64,000 nt of DNA, taken from an uncultured Planctomycetota bacterium. Its GTDB lineage: Bacteria > Planctomycetota > Planctomycetia > Pirellulales > Lacipirellulaceae. Both the position numbers and the translations under genes were made by a program. Shown here piece after piece: positions 22,036 through 32,824 of the stretch (positions are counted from its first letter, which is position 1; each line of letters begins with the position of its first letter). A model generated the notes under the pieces. That model saw nothing but the letters and a program-made list of their open reading frames with translations, searched no databases and was not told the origin of the DNA. Location: positions 1,792,001-1,856,000 of the forward strand of contig CAVRBU010000002.1 in assembly GCA_963719315.1 (NCBI GenBank). Direction: 5' to 3'.

Positions 22036-22671
22036 TTGACTTTCGACTCTCCCCATCCGCTCGTCATCGGCACGCATAACCGCAAGAAAGGGGAGGATCT
22101 ATTCGAGCTGCTGGCGCCGTGGGGAATCGCGGTCTTCACGCTCGCCGACGTGCCGAACGCCATTGAGGTCGCGGAAACTGGCGACACGTTTGCCGCCAAC
22201 GCCGCGCTGAAAGCCACCCAGCAGGCCAAGCACTTGGGTCGTTGGGTATTGGCCGACGACAGCGGGCTGGAAGTCGATGCGCTGGGCGGTGCGCCGGGCG
22301 TGTATTCAGCCCGTTATGCCGGGCCGAACGCGAGCGACGAGGATAACAATCGCCGCCTACTTGCCGATCTCGGCAACGCGCCCCTGGAAAAACGCACGGC
22401 CCGTTATGTGTGCCACGTCACACTGGCCGATCGGGCCGGCGTGATTCGCGCAGAAAGCGAGGACGTGTGCCATGGCCGAATTCGCTTCGAATTGGCCGGC
22501 TCGAACGGCTTCGGCTACGACCCGCTCTTCGAAATCGTCGAATATCATCGCACATTCGGCGAACTCGGCCAGCGCGTGAAGCAGGCCCTCAGCCACCGCT
22601 CGCGAGCGTTGCGAGCAATCGTGCCAAAGCTATTAGCCATTAGCTTTTCGCCAAGCGAATCCTCTAGCTGA
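22036..22671 (+). CDS. rdgB: Non-canonical purine NTP pyrophosphatase
   Basis: THNRKK, ADDSGLEVDALGGAPGVYSARYAG, GFGYDP, SHRSRA. Confidence 0.93.
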   Translation: MTFDSPHPLVIGTHNRKKGEDLFELLAPWGIAVFTLADVPNAIEVAETGDTFAANAALKATQQAKHLGRWVLADDSGLEVDALGGAPGVYSARYAGPNASDEDNNRRLLADLGNAPLEKRTARYVCHVTLADRAGVIRAESEDVCHGRIRFELAGSNGFGYDPLFEIVEYHRTFGELGQRVKQALSHRSRALRAIVPKLLAISFSPSESSS

Positions 22672-22696
22672 CAGCCAATAGCTATTGGCTAACAGC
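22628..22696. repeat. Inverted tandem heptamer module (AGCTATT type)
   Basis: AGCTATT AGCCATT AGCTTTT, spacer, then complementary-type units; overlaps the rdgB 3' end. Confidence 0.65.
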
Positions 22697-22765
22697 ATCA
22701 CTAAACTATAAGAGCCTGGGCGGCACAGATGAATTGCCGGTCCAGGCTCAATGAGAGAGTAAGAA

Positions 22766-24154
22766 ATGAATAAGCCGAAGATAACGCCGACGAACAACTC
22801 TGGCAAGTCGATATCGAATTTCTTCCATCGATCGGCAAAATTTGTGCTAACTACTTGGTTCGCCTTGCGAATGGGTCAGGTTTGCCTGGCCGCCGACGCG
22901 GCCGACCCCAGCGACTGGGTGAAGGCCAACATGCCGCAGCTAGTAGAACTTTACCGGCACCTGCACCAAACTCCCGAGTTGTCTCTGAAGGAGAAGGAAA
23001 CGTCGGCCCGGATGGCCGAGGAGTTGCAAGACCTGGGCATCAAGGTGTCGACCAACATCGGCGGCTACGGCGTCGTGGGCGTCCTGGAAAACGGCCCCGG
23101 CAAGGTGCTTATGCTGCGGTCGGATCTGGACGGGCTGCCGGTCGCCGAGCAGACCGGGTTGCCGTATGCCTCGAAGGTCCGCACGCAAGACGCCCGTGGG
23201 GCCACCGTGGGCGTCATGCACGCCTGCGGTCACGACGTGCACATGACGAACCTCATCGGCGTGGCCCGCTACCTCGCGTCGCACCGCGACGCCTGGTCGG
23301 GCACGGTGTTGTTTGTGTTCCAGCCCGCGGAGGAGATCGGGGGCGGTGCCGACGCCATGATTCAGGACGGATTGTTTTCCAAGTTTCCGCGACCGGATTT
23401 TGCGGTCGCGCTCCATGATTCTGCCGACGTTTCCACCGGCGAGATCGACTATCTCGGTGGCTATGCCATGGCGAACATCGACAGCGTGGACATCATCGTC
23501 AAAGGCCGGGGCGGACACGGGGCCAGTCCGGAATCCACGATCGATCCGGTTGTCATCGCCGCGAGGCTGGTGCTCGATTTGCAAACCATTGTGAGCCGCG
23601 AGGTGAAGCCGATCAGCCCGGCGGTCGTTACGGTCGGGTCGATTCACGGCGGCACGAAGCACAACATCATCTCCGATGAATGCCGGCTCCAGTTGACGCT
23701 TCGGAGCCTTTCGCCGGAGGTACGACAGCAGTTGCAGGATGCGGTGCGCCGCAAAGCGCTAGCGGCCGCTGCGAGTGCCGGAGCACCGGAGCCGACCATC
23801 GAAATCTCGGAGGGAACGCCCGCACTGTTTAACGATCCGCAGTTGACCGGGCGCTTGGCCTCCGCTTTAAGAAGGAAATTCGGCGACGACAAGGTAAAGG
23901 AAGGTGAGCCCGTGATGGGCGGCGAGGATTTCGGCCGGTTCGGCTCGACGGGCGTTCCGATCTGCATGCTTCGCTTAGGCGCCGTGAGCCAGAAGCGGCT
24001 GGATGAGTTCGCGGCGAAGCACGTGCCGCCGAATTCGCTCCATTCGCCGTTGTTTTACCCCGATATCGAGGAAACACTCGCGACGGGCGTCCCAGCCATG
24101 GTAACCTGCGTGACGGAGTTGTTGCCGCCGACCGAATCCAAGTCTACGAAATGA
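22766..24154 (+). CDS. M20 family amidohydrolase
   Basis: LHQTPELS, RSDLDGLP, MHACGHDVH, FQPAEE, MGGEDF. Confidence 0.93.
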   Translation: MNKPKITPTNNSGKSISNFFHRSAKFVLTTWFALRMGQVCLAADAADPSDWVKANMPQLVELYRHLHQTPELSLKEKETSARMAEELQDLGIKVSTNIGGYGVVGVLENGPGKVLMLRSDLDGLPVAEQTGLPYASKVRTQDARGATVGVMHACGHDVHMTNLIGVARYLASHRDAWSGTVLFVFQPAEEIGGGADAMIQDGLFSKFPRPDFAVALHDSADVSTGEIDYLGGYAMANIDSVDIIVKGRGGHGASPESTIDPVVIAARLVLDLQTIVSREVKPISPAVVTVGSIHGGTKHNIISDECRLQLTLRSLSPEVRQQLQDAVRRKALAAAASAGAPEPTIEISEGTPALFNDPQLTGRLASALRRKFGDDKVKEGEPVMGGEDFGRFGSTGVPICMLRLGAVSQKRLDEFAAKHVPPNSLHSPLFYPDIEETLATGVPAMVTCVTELLPPTESKSTK

Positions 24155-24498
24155 GCTCTCTGCGAATCAGCCGTTGGCTTCGTGGGTGGATCATCGGCTA
24201 CGTCGCGCTCGCAGGCGCCGTCGTGGGCAGTATGTTTTGGGCGCGGCACACGGTCCTCACGGAGTTTTCGACTCCCGAATCGATCGCCGATTGGCGGGCA
24301 TGGCGGGAAGATGTCCGCCAACAGCAGGCGAACCTCGGGCCGGTCGAGCGGCGTGTGCCCAAAAGCGAAGAGCCGCCGGCGCTGGTGTTGATGCGCGATT
24401 ATTTCATCGTATCACTGATGGGGGCGACGTTTTTTACATCGCTGCTGTATTGGGTGGTTGCGTGGTTTGTTACGGGGGCGTTAAGTAGCGGCGCGTAG
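24151..24498 (+). CDS. Small membrane protein
   Basis: ATGA overlap with the previous stop; two TM helices. Confidence 0.75.
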   Translation: MSSLRISRWLRGWIIGYVALAGAVVGSMFWARHTVLTEFSTPESIADWRAWREDVRQQQANLGPVERRVPKSEEPPALVLMRDYFIVSLMGATFFTSLLYWVVAWFVTGALSSGA

Positions 24499-24601
24499 CG
24501 AGGCCAACCGAAGTTGCGTGCTGCGTGCTTCGTACTTAAGTACATGAGTACCAAGCGAACGACGCGACATCTCTCGTCTTACCGCCGACTGAAAATTCTC
24601 A

Positions 24602-25069
24602 ATGGGTTCAACAATCCGCAGCACCGGTCCGCCGATTCAATTGCAGGCGAATACGTCCGTGCGATGGCGAAATTGGCCGCTGGTGGATCGGCCGACCTGG
24701 TCGTGGTTGGTGCCGCTGGGCATTCTCATATTGAGCGGCATCGTCTTCCAACTCGGTGGCGGCTGGTTTTTGTCGCTGGTTGTGATTGCGGCTCTGGCAG
24801 CGGTTCTCTGGCAGTTTCTGGTGCCGGTCTCGTTTGAAGTCACGTCGCTCGGCCTGCGGCGGTACGCGCTGGGGCGCGTTCGACTTATTCCGTGGCAGGC
24901 GATCCGCGCCTACCAACTCCGGCCGACGGGCATCGTTTTCTTTCAGCAGCCGAGCCCGACCAAACTCGATCTGTTGAGCAGTCTCTTTGTTCCGTACCCG
25001 CAGGCCGAAGATGAGATGCTGGTCGCGGTGCGGTCGTACCTGCCGCATGCCTCGGAACTGCTCACGTAG
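24602..25069 (+). CDS. Membrane hypothetical protein
   Basis: Two TM helices followed by a small soluble domain. Confidence 0.7.
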   Translation: MGSTIRSTGPPIQLQANTSVRWRNWPLVDRPTWSWLVPLGILILSGIVFQLGGGWFLSLVVIAALAAVLWQFLVPVSFEVTSLGLRRYALGRVRLIPWQAIRAYQLRPTGIVFFQQPSPTKLDLLSSLFVPYPQAEDEMLVAVRSYLPHASELLT

Positions 25070-25096
25070 CCGCGTCTCTCCGAAATGCGAATACGA

Positions 25097-26355
25097 TTAC
25101 GGCGTGCGCTTGGACGCCAGTTTGGGGTCGAGTGCATCGCGCAGGCCGTCGCCGAGGAAATTGAGCGCATACAGAGTGATGCCCAGCGCCAGGCTCGGGA
25201 AGACGATCAGCCACCAGTAAACCTTTACGGGCGTGATGACCTTGATTCCCTCGTTCGCCAACAGCCCCCAAGAAACATCGGGCGGCTCCACTCCGAGGCC
25301 GAGAAATGACAGGAATGCCTCGAACAGCATCACCCGTGGAATGGTGAGCGTGAGATACACGATCACCACGCTGAGCAGATTCGGCAAGATGTGCCGCCAA
25401 ATGATTCGCGATTGTGGAGCGCCGACCGACCGAGCCGCTTCGACGAATAGTTCGGTGCGGAGGGAGATCACCTGGCCGCGAACGACGCGGGCCATCGTGA
25501 GCCAGTAGATCGCTCCGACGACGAAATAGAAAATCGTAATGCGGCTGATGCCCCACTCCTCAAGTGTGGCCTTGTTATGCTCCTCGCCCAGAATCGTAAT
25601 CACGAAGATCACGACAAAGATGAATGGGATCGAATACAGGATATCGACGAACCGCATCATGATGTCGTCCACCCAGCCGCCGACATAGCCGGCGAGCGCG
25701 CCGTAGGTGACGCCGATCAGCAGGGACACGAACGTGGCGACAATGCCCACGACGATCGAGATCCGGGCGCCCAAAAGACGCGCGAAAGGACATCGCGGCC
25801 GAATTCATCGCGCCCGGCGAGTGAGCCGAGCGTCCATTCGCCGAACAGCCGGGAGCGTGTGCGAATCATCCAGCGGCTGACGAGGCCCGGATCGGGAAAT
25901 CCCGCCTCGCGATAGGGACGCAGTAGGATGTTTTGTAGCTCGTTATATTTGCGGCGCACCTCGCTACTAGCGGCCTTGATTCCCTTGGGCAATGGGACAT
26001 CGGTTTTTTGAGCTTTGGCGAGCTGCTCCTTGGACGCCTGCAACTCGGCACGCACGCCGGCCAATTTGGAGGGTGTTTCTTGGATTGCCGGCCAATCCAA
26101 TGTGAACGTCTTGACGAACAACGGAGTAAGTTTCGGCGGCTCGTATTGCAAGTCGGTGTGGTGTTTGTCAGGAGGAGCGAGCGGCAGGAGTGGCGTGAGG
26201 AATGCGAGCAGGCCGATGGTGACCAGCGTCACGAGCGACGCCATCGCCATGCGATTGCGGCGCAGGCGTCGCCAGGCATCCTGGCCAAGTGAAACGCCCT
26301 TGGCAACCTGGTCGAGAGGCCTCTGTGAAGCCGATGTCGGTTCAATTCGTGACAT
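25097..26355 (-). CDS. oppC: Oligopeptide ABC permease, frameshift near 25770
   Basis: SLGQDAWRRL, GRDEFGRD, ARVVRGQ, FVEAARSVGA, FLSFLGLG, GDGLRDALDP. Confidence 0.9.
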
Positions 26356-26391
26356 GCAATTGGCGTCGATGCGCCTCCCACAGCCGTGGAC

Positions 26392-27309
26392 TCACTTCAG
26401 TTCAACGCGTGGATCCAAAATCCCATACGACAGGTCAACCAAGAAATTCATCACGTACAGCAGCAGCGTGTACAGCAGTACGAGGCCCATGGCGAGCGTG
26501 TAGTCGCGCTGCAGCGCCGCTTGCACGAAATGCCAGCCAAGGCCGGGGATGGCGAAGATCCGTTCCACAACGACCGAGCCGGTGAGGATGCCAGCCACCG
26601 CCGGGCCGAGAAACGACACAACCGGCAGCATGGCCGAGGGCAGGGCGTGGCGAAGGGCCACCGTGACTTTGTTGAGCCCCTTGGCACGGGCGGTCCGCAC
26701 GAAATCCTGCGACAACGCATCGAGCATGCCGGTGCGGGTGATGCGGGCGATCTCGGCTGCGTACAACGTTCCCAGGCAAATGGCGGGAAGGATGAGTTGT
26801 CGAAGCGTCCCCCAGCCGGCGGCCGGAAAAATCGGGATGGCGAACACAAACAGCATGATCGCCAACCCGGCAATAACAAAACTGGGCACTGCGATGCCGA
26901 TTGTGGCCAACGACATGAGCACCAGGTCGGCCGCCGAGCCGCGGTACATCGCCGACACGATGCCCGCGGTTAGCCCCAACGTAATTGCATACGCAAGCGC
27001 AAAAATGCCCAAGGCGGCCGAAACCGGCAGGCCCTGGGCGATGACCTCGTTTACGTTGAAATCTTGCAGGCGCATGCTCAGGCCGAAATCACCGCGGGCC
27101 ACATTGCCCAATTCGATGGCGTACTGCTGGTACAGCGGCAGGTCGAGCTTGTAGCGGTGCTTGATGTTTTCCTCGATCTCGGGCGGCAGATTTCGATCGC
27201 CCGAATAGGGGCCGCCAGGCACCGCCCGCATCAACAGGAACGAAACCGTAAATACGCACCACAACGTAACAATTAGCCCGATCAACCGCCGAACAATGAA
27301 CCAAGTCAC
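26392..27309 (-). CDS. oppB: Oligopeptide ABC permease
   Basis: PGGPY, GDFGLS, FVRTARAKGL, VERIFAIPGLG, RDY; GTG start overlaps oppA stop. Confidence 0.92.
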   Translation of the reverse strand: MTWFIVRRLIGLIVTLWCVFTVSFLLMRAVPGGPYSGDRNLPPEIEENIKHRYKLDLPLYQQYAIELGNVARGDFGLSMRLQDFNVNEVIAQGLPVSAALGIFALAYAITLGLTAGIVSAMYRGSAADLVLMSLATIGIAVPSFVIAGLAIMLFVFAIPIFPAAGWGTLRQLILPAICLGTLYAAEIARITRTGMLDALSQDFVRTARAKGLNKVTVALRHALPSAMLPVVSFLGPAVAGILTGSVVVERIFAIPGLGWHFVQAALQRDYTLAMGLVLLYTLLLYVMNFLVDLSYGILDPRVELK

Positions 27310-29201
27310 TTCACCGGCTCCATGTATTCGTTCGGCCGCGGGTCCTTGTCGTTCACTTTGGGATCGATCCAAATGGCGGATAGCGGGTGCGTATCTTGCA
27401 GATTGTTGTAGAATCCGCGAACGTGAGGTCGCACCATGTTGCGCGACACGTAGAAGTACACGGGGATGATGGGCATTTCTTCCATCAACAATCGCTCGGC
27501 GCTTTCCAAAATGCGCATTCGCTTCTGCTGGTCGGGCTCCTTGGCAGCATCGGCGATCAGCTTATCGTACTCGGCATTCGAGAATCCGGTGCAATTGTTT
27601 TCGCCGTTGGTGACGAACATGTCGAGATAGGTGTTTGGGTCGAGATAATCGCCCACCCACGCGCGGCGCGCAACGAGGTACTTCAATTGCTGTTGCGAAT
27701 CCTGAAACGAGCCCCATTCCTCATTGCGAAGCGACGCCGTGATTCCCAGCTCCCGTTGCCATTGCTTGCGGACGAGCTCGGCGATCGCTTGGTGTTGCTG
27801 ATCGGTGTTGTACAGGATTTCGAGCTTGGGGAAGCCGCGGCCATCTGGGTAGCCTGCCTCGGCCAGCAGCTTGCGGGCCGCTTCCGGGTTGAACGGTTTG
27901 CACGGCTGCTGCTTGTAGTCCGGCATCGAGGGCGGGACGAGGCTCAGCGCCGGAACTTCGCCCGCTCCGGTGGCGACGCGGGTAATTTCCTCGCGATCGA
28001 GCGCCAATGCAAGTGCCTGGCGGACTCGTTTGTCGTTGAGCGGCGGACGCGTGTTGTTCAGCAAATAGTAGTAGGTCGTAAGCTGCGGCGCGGGGTTCAA
28101 ATCGTTGCGGCGCGGGTTGTCTTTGAGAAATTCGCGCAGCACCTCCGGTGGCGGTACCGTAACCCAATCAATCATGCCGGTCATGTACAGATTCAACGCC
28201 GTCGTCCGGTTGTCGATCGAAAGCGCGTCAATCACGTTCAAGCGGACGTTCTTTCGATCCCAATAATCGTCGCTGCGCTGGAGGCGAATTCGATCGCGAA
28301 TTCGCCGCGCGACGAGCCGATAGGCGCCGTTGGTGACGATATTCTCGGGCTTCGTCCAGTCCGGCTTCCCATATTTTTCCACGCAACCTTGATGCACGGG
28401 CGCGAACGGATAGAAGCCCAGCAAATCGAGAAAATAGGGTGTGGGATTAATGAGCCGGACTTCAAGCGTGTGGTCGTCGATCGCGCGCACGCCGACCTGG
28501 CGGAAGTCGAGCAGAACCTGGCGGCAGCGTTCAATTCCTTTCGCGATTTCCTCTGTCTCATCGGCAACTTGAAAGCGGCGTTCCTGGCCGTCTATTTCGA
28601 CGACATAGATCCGATCGCGTCCCGACTCGGGCTTTGACTGCTTAGGATCGCGGGAGTCAATCCGCACTAACTTGCCCATTAGCAGCTTGCCTCGAACTGT
28701 GTTCGTCGAACCTTCCGGCGGGTTGAGCTCGACTTCGACGGGGTCGCCCGGCACGAGCGTGCTGCCGCCCAGGTTGTAGCGTTTCGCGTTCTCGATGTAC
28801 CACGCTTGGTATGAATAGCGCGAAAACGTGAGCGGGTCGATCAGTCGCCGAATCGAGTAGAGGAAATCGCGGGCCGTAACGGGATCGCCATTCGACCAGC
28901 GGGCATTGTCGCGGAGATGGAACGTATACACGCGGCCGTCGTCGGAGATTTCCCACTTCTCGGCCACGCCCGGCTCGGCTTTGGTATTATCGGGCCTCCA
29001 CCGAACCAGACCTTCGAAAAGCGAGCTCACGATTCGGCCTTCGGGCTGGCCGGTGATGAGCGCCGGATCGATGGACTGCACCTCCGTTTCGTTCACGAAC
29101 GTAAAATCGGCCGGGGGCAGACGGCCGCCGTAAATGGCCCAACCAACGGCCGTAAGGCCGGCTACGAGCATCAGTCCAAGAATCCAGGTGCGACCAGGCA
29201 T
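27306..29201 (-). CDS. oppA: Peptide ABC transporter substrate-binding protein
   Basis: FEGL, PGVAEKWEISDDGRVYTFHLR, WSNGDPVTARDF, WVGDYLDPNTYL. Confidence 0.92.
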   Translation of the reverse strand: MPGRTWILGLMLVAGLTAVGWAIYGGRLPPADFTFVNETEVQSIDPALITGQPEGRIVSSLFEGLVRWRPDNTKAEPGVAEKWEISDDGRVYTFHLRDNARWSNGDPVTARDFLYSIRRLIDPLTFSRYSYQAWYIENAKRYNLGGSTLVPGDPVEVELNPPEGSTNTVRGKLLMGKLVRIDSRDPKQSKPESGRDRIYVVEIDGQERRFQVADETEEIAKGIERCRQVLLDFRQVGVRAIDDHTLEVRLINPTPYFLDLLGFYPFAPVHQGCVEKYGKPDWTKPENIVTNGAYRLVARRIRDRIRLQRSDDYWDRKNVRLNVIDALSIDNRTTALNLYMTGMIDWVTVPPPEVLREFLKDNPRRNDLNPAPQLTTYYYLLNNTRPPLNDKRVRQALALALDREEITRVATGAGEVPALSLVPPSMPDYKQQPCKPFNPEAARKLLAEAGYPDGRGFPKLEILYNTDQQHQAIAELVRKQWQRELGITASLRNEEWGSFQDSQQQLKYLVARRAWVGDYLDPNTYLDMFVTNGENNCTGFSNAEYDKLIADAAKEPDQQKRMRILESAERLLMEEMPIIPVYFYVSRNMVRPHVRGFYNNLQDTHPLSAIWIDPKVNDKDPRPNEYMEPVK

Positions 29202-29293
29202 GGTGCTAATCTAACGGGACAAGGTACGGCCGGCCAACTACAATTCGATACGCGTCGCCGAAATGTTTGGATCGAGTAGCGGGTTGGGGTGGC

Positions 29294-29794
29294 ATGGCCG
29301 ATTTCGTCCACGAACGTCATAAACCGCTGCAACAACTTGCCCGGCCACGCGAGTTGGTCCTCGTATGCGCACCGCTGCGGAGCAACATCAACCTCTCTCG
29401 AATTGCCCGGGCTGCGGCCTGTTGCGGCGTAACGCGGCTCGTTTGCTGCGGGCCAGGCCGGCTCGATCGCAAAATCGCCCGCGATGCGGCCGACACGCTC
29501 CAAATCGAGTCGCACCGAACGTTGCCTTCCGTGCTCGATAAGCTGCGAGAGGATGGTCACCGCCTTATTGGTTTGGAGCAGACCAGTAACTCGAAGAACC
29601 TGCATCATTTCAAATTCGAGCGCCGCACGGCACTCGTGATCGGCAATGAACGCACCGGCCTGACGGTTGAAATCCTGGCGCGACTCGACGAGGTCGTGGA
29701 GATTCCCGTGTGGGGTTTGCCGTACAGCTACAATGTGGCGACGGCAACCGCCATGACGTTGTACGAATACTGCCGGCAATTTCCCGACGGGTGA
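29294..29794 (+). CDS. TrmH/SpoU family RNA methyltransferase
   Basis: LVIGNERTGL, IPVWG..SYNVATA. Confidence 0.9.
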   Translation: MADFVHERHKPLQQLARPRELVLVCAPLRSNINLSRIARAAACCGVTRLVCCGPGRLDRKIARDAADTLQIESHRTLPSVLDKLREDGHRLIGLEQTSNSKNLHHFKFERRTALVIGNERTGLTVEILARLDEVVEIPVWGLPYSYNVATATAMTLYEYCRQFPDG

Positions 29795-29799
29795 AGGTA

Positions 29800-29888
29800 G
29801 GGTGGCGTACTCTCCCGCCGAGGCGGGTGAGCATGTGTGGCGGTGAAGCTCGCATGCCTACGCCGCGGCGGCGAAGACATGGTGCCCC
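29800..29888. repeat. REP-like element (degenerate GGGTGGCATG family)
   Basis: Shares GTGAGCATGT and CATGCC..CGCCGCGGCGGCGA with the 59411 copy; lies between convergent genes. Confidence 0.65.
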
Positions 29889-29892
29889 AGGC

Positions 29893-30903
29893 CTACGCTT
29901 TGGATCGTGGTACAACGATCGTCCGACCCACGATCTGCCCCGCCAGCATCTTCTGCACTCGATCGGGCAATTTATCAAGCGTGATTTCGTCGGCGATGTC
30001 GTTGAGCCGCGCAACGCGCCACGGGCCGGCAAGCTTCTGCCAAGTCTCCAAACGTTCGGGCCGCGGGCATTTGCCAGAATCGATTCCGACTAACACGACG
30101 CCACGCAAAATGAATGGGTAGACGGTCGTGTTCAGTTCGGCGCCCGCGACCAGTCCACACGCGGCGACGCAGCCGCGATGTTCGAGCGAACGCAGGATTG
30201 TCGCCAGCGGCCGGCCGCCCAGCGTATCGACCGCGGCCGCCCAGCGGGCGGATAGCAACGGTCGGTCGGTTTCATCCAGCACATCTTGCCGGCCGAGTAT
30301 TTTGCCGACGCCAAGTTGGCGCAGCCAATCGTGTCGATCACGTTTTCCGGTCACCGCTTCCACGGAGTAGCCAAGTTTCGCTAGGATCGCGACGGCCAGT
30401 GAGCCGACGCCCCCGGTGGCCCCTGTGACGATTACGGGCCCGCGCTCGGGACCGATGCCGTGAGCAGCGATCGCCGCGACGCACTGCGCGGCCGTGAAAC
30501 CAGCGGTGCCGTAGATCATGGCGTCGCGGGCACTCATTCCCTTCGGCAGCGGTACGATCCATTCGGCCGGCGCACGGACGAACTCAGCAAAGCCGCCCCA
30601 CTGGCCGGCGCCGAGTTCGTAGCCCGTGACGAGCACTTCGTCACCGGGGCGATAGTCGGGCGACGTGCTTTCTACAACGGTTCCCGCGCAGTCGATGCCG
30701 GGGATATGAGGAAGCGAGCGCACCACGCCCGGATGGGCCTGCGTCGCCAGCGCATCTTTGTAGTTCAGCGAAGAAAAAGCGACGCGAATGAGCACGTCGC
30801 CCGGCGGCAGATCGCTCGAGGAAATGGATTCGACGCCCGCTGCAACCCGCCCGTCGGCCTCTTTGCGGACCATGTAGCACGGAAATAATTGTACTTGCGA
30901 CAT
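29893..30903 (-). CDS. YhdH/AcuI-family quinone oxidoreductase (acryloyl-CoA reductase-like)
   Basis: SSLNYKDAL, PGIDCAG, GTAGFTAA, VTGATGGVGS, PFILRGV. Confidence 0.92.
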   Translation of the reverse strand: MSQVQLFPCYMVRKEADGRVAAGVESISSSDLPPGDVLIRVAFSSLNYKDALATQAHPGVVRSLPHIPGIDCAGTVVESTSPDYRPGDEVLVTGYELGAGQWGGFAEFVRAPAEWIVPLPKGMSARDAMIYGTAGFTAAQCVAAIAAHGIGPERGPVIVTGATGGVGSLAVAILAKLGYSVEAVTGKRDRHDWLRQLGVGKILGRQDVLDETDRPLLSARWAAAVDTLGGRPLATILRSLEHRGCVAACGLVAGAELNTTVYPFILRGVVLVGIDSGKCPRPERLETWQKLAGPWRVARLNDIADEITLDKLPDRVQKMLAGQIVGRTIVVPRSKA

Positions 30904-30907
30904 GCAC

Positions 30908-30969
30908 GTAGCGTGGGCACCGCCCACCAAGCTTAATGGTTGTAGATTGGTGGGCGATGCCCACCCCTA
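30908..30969. repeat. GTAG-type REP doublet
   Basis: GTAGCGTGGGCACCGCCCACCAA and inverted TTGGTGGGCGATGCCCACCCCTA. Confidence 0.75.
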
Positions 30970-30981
30970 ATGACTACTGAC

Positions 30982-31341
30982 CTACTTCAATTCAATCGGC
31001 AACTCGTCGATTTTCGCCGCGAGGATGAAATCGTTTTCAGACAGCCCGCCAATCGCGTGCGTCCATAGTTCGACCCACACGTTGCGATAGCCTTCGATGT
31101 GCAGGTCGGGGTGGTGCGCATCGGCCTCGGCAAGTTCGGCGCAGCGATTGAAAAAGTCGATGCCGGCCATGAAGTTTTTCACCTTCCAATCTTTGCGCAT
31201 CCGCTGCCCGTCGTGCGTAATCCGCCAGCCTTGAAGCTGCTTTAGTTGCTGCCGAGTCTCCTCCGGCGAATACGGATCGACGCCCCCCTCGCACGGTTTG
31301 CACTTCTTCTGCACCAATTCGGCGGGTGATTGAACGGTCAT
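30982..31341 (-). CDS. Pterin-4-alpha-carbinolamine dehydratase
   Basis: CKPCEGG, HHPDLH, THAIGGLSENDFILAAKID. Confidence 0.93.
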   Translation of the reverse strand: MTVQSPAELVQKKCKPCEGGVDPYSPEETRQQLKQLQGWRITHDGQRMRKDWKVKNFMAGIDFFNRCAELAEADAHHPDLHIEGYRNVWVELWTHAIGGLSENDFILAAKIDELPIELK

Positions 31342-31457
31342 GGTCAGTTCCTCCTGGATTTCGACGTGCCAAGTCGGTAGACGCGCGAGTAATTATGGTT
31401 TGCAGCGGTCGAACGTCAATCGCCACCGGCGAATTGAGGCAGCGGACGTAGCAATTA

Positions 31458-32273
31458 CTAAAATCCGGCGAGGTGACAGATTGCCGCGATCAAAAAGCCG
31501 GCAAAGATCGTGACGCACGCCGCCGCGATGATGAGGATTCCGGGGTGAATCACGGCTGCCAGTGTCGCGGCGCCGCATACTACGAGATACGTATTCACAG
31601 CCGGGCTGCCGAAATCGCCTAGCATCCACGTTGCGGCGAACGCGGCGCATGCGAAAGCCGCTGCCGCACGCTTGCCGAATACTACAGCCAGTGTCTGATG
31701 ACCGGCCGCTCGATCGGCCTCGTAATCGGCGGCCGTCGCCAGGGCGTGAACGCCGGCCACACACAGCGCCAACAGGTAATATCGCAGCGGCATCTCTCGC
31801 GGGTTGGCGTTCAAGCTGTAGCCCATCATCAGTGGAAACAAAAAGTAGCCCAGCCCGTTGGCCAGCGAATCGAGGGGTGGACGCTCCTTGAGCCGGTACG
31901 GCGGCACCGAATAAATCCAGGCGAGGACCACCAGCGAGATCGTGGCCATGACGTTTTCTGAGTTACGGGTGGCACAAGCTCCCAGGATCACGAGCGGCAT
32001 CATCGCCACGCAGGCGTGGAAAACGAACGGCCGCTCGTCGGCCGATACGACGGTGCCCCAAACGGCCCGCCGCCGGGTCGAGCGGCGGTCTGACTCGTAA
32101 TCGTAGATGTCGTTCAGCCCGCAGCCGATGAGGTTCATCGGAAACGTGAGCAACAGCATTTGCACCACGGCCACGGCGCTCAGCTCCGCATGCGATGCGT
32201 GCATTCCTAACGCATACACGAGCGGCAGCACGGGCCATACGATCGGCCGGCTGACTTGAATTAGAAACAGCAT
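31458..32273 (-). CDS. UbiA-family prenyltransferase
   Basis: SRP, NDIYDYESD, YSVPPYRLKERP, DYEADRAAG, multiple TM helices. Confidence 0.88.
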   Translation of the reverse strand: MLFLIQVSRPIVWPVLPLVYALGMHASHAELSAVAVVQMLLLTFPMNLIGCGLNDIYDYESDRRSTRRRAVWGTVVSADERPFVFHACVAMMPLVILGACATRNSENVMATISLVVLAWIYSVPPYRLKERPPLDSLANGLGYFLFPLMMGYSLNANPREMPLRYYLLALCVAGVHALATAADYEADRAAGHQTLAVVFGKRAAAAFACAAFAATWMLGDFGSPAVNTYLVVCGAATLAAVIHPGILIIAAACVTIFAGFLIAAICHLAGF

Positions 32274-32315
32274 CCAACTAGTGGAGGAATTGATCGCGGC
32301 CACGGTAGCCAATTT

Positions 32316-32347
32316 AAGTGGGGCAGACACGAATGTCTGCCCCACTT
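32316..32347. repeat. Perfect 14-bp hairpin (REP-like)
   Basis: AAGTGGGGCAGACA-CGAA-TGTCTGCCCCACTT. Confidence 0.75.
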
Positions 32348-32432
32348 TGCAGGCGCGGGCGACAACACAAAACTACCTCGGGCAACTGCGTTGCCAGATT
32401 GTTTACGAATTCGCTGCGATCGCGCGAAGGCC

Positions 32433-32735
32433 TCAGGACTTCGACTTGTCCATCGCCTGCTTGACCAGGCCGCCAATGAGGGTCAGCAGCGCGCCGCCAA
32501 TTACTCCGGCTCCGGCATTGCCGGCGATCTGGCCTCCGGCGCCCGCGTGTTCGCCCAACAGCCCTTGCAAGACGGGGATGAGTGCGGCTAACTGGCCGCC
32601 GCCAACACCGCCGACCACGCCGAGGACCGTCCTCAGAATGGCACTCAAGTTTGCGTTCTTGAGAAGCGCTCCCACGACATTTCCACCCGCTGCCCCGCTA
32701 ATCAACTGGACCAACAAGGGAATAAGCTGTGCCAT
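32433..32735 (-). CDS. Small Gly-rich membrane protein
   Basis: GGAG ribosome binding site; MAQLIPLLVQLISGAAGGN; glycine-rich hydrophobic helices. Confidence 0.8.
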   Translation of the reverse strand: MAQLIPLLVQLISGAAGGNVVGALLKNANLSAILRTVLGVVGGVGGGQLAALIPVLQGLLGEHAGAGGQIAGNAGAGVIGGALLTLIGGLVKQAMDKSKS

Positions 32736-32824
32736 ACCGAGGCTCCTTTGAAAGAAGAGAAGGAAACAACAGACAATCAGCGGCGCGCTTTCGTCCAAGA
32801 AGGCTCGCCATTGAATTGCACTTA

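Noticed and set aside
24514..24565. Possible further heptamer module (TGCGTGC TGCGTGC TTCGTAC)
   Set aside because: The complementary arm is too degenerate to call with confidence.
27387..28637. Long alternative-frame ORFs (for example 27387..28637, 34072..35394, 52648..53634, 56204..57247)
   Set aside because: They lie antisense to well-supported genes and are expected in high-GC DNA; no motifs were recognised.
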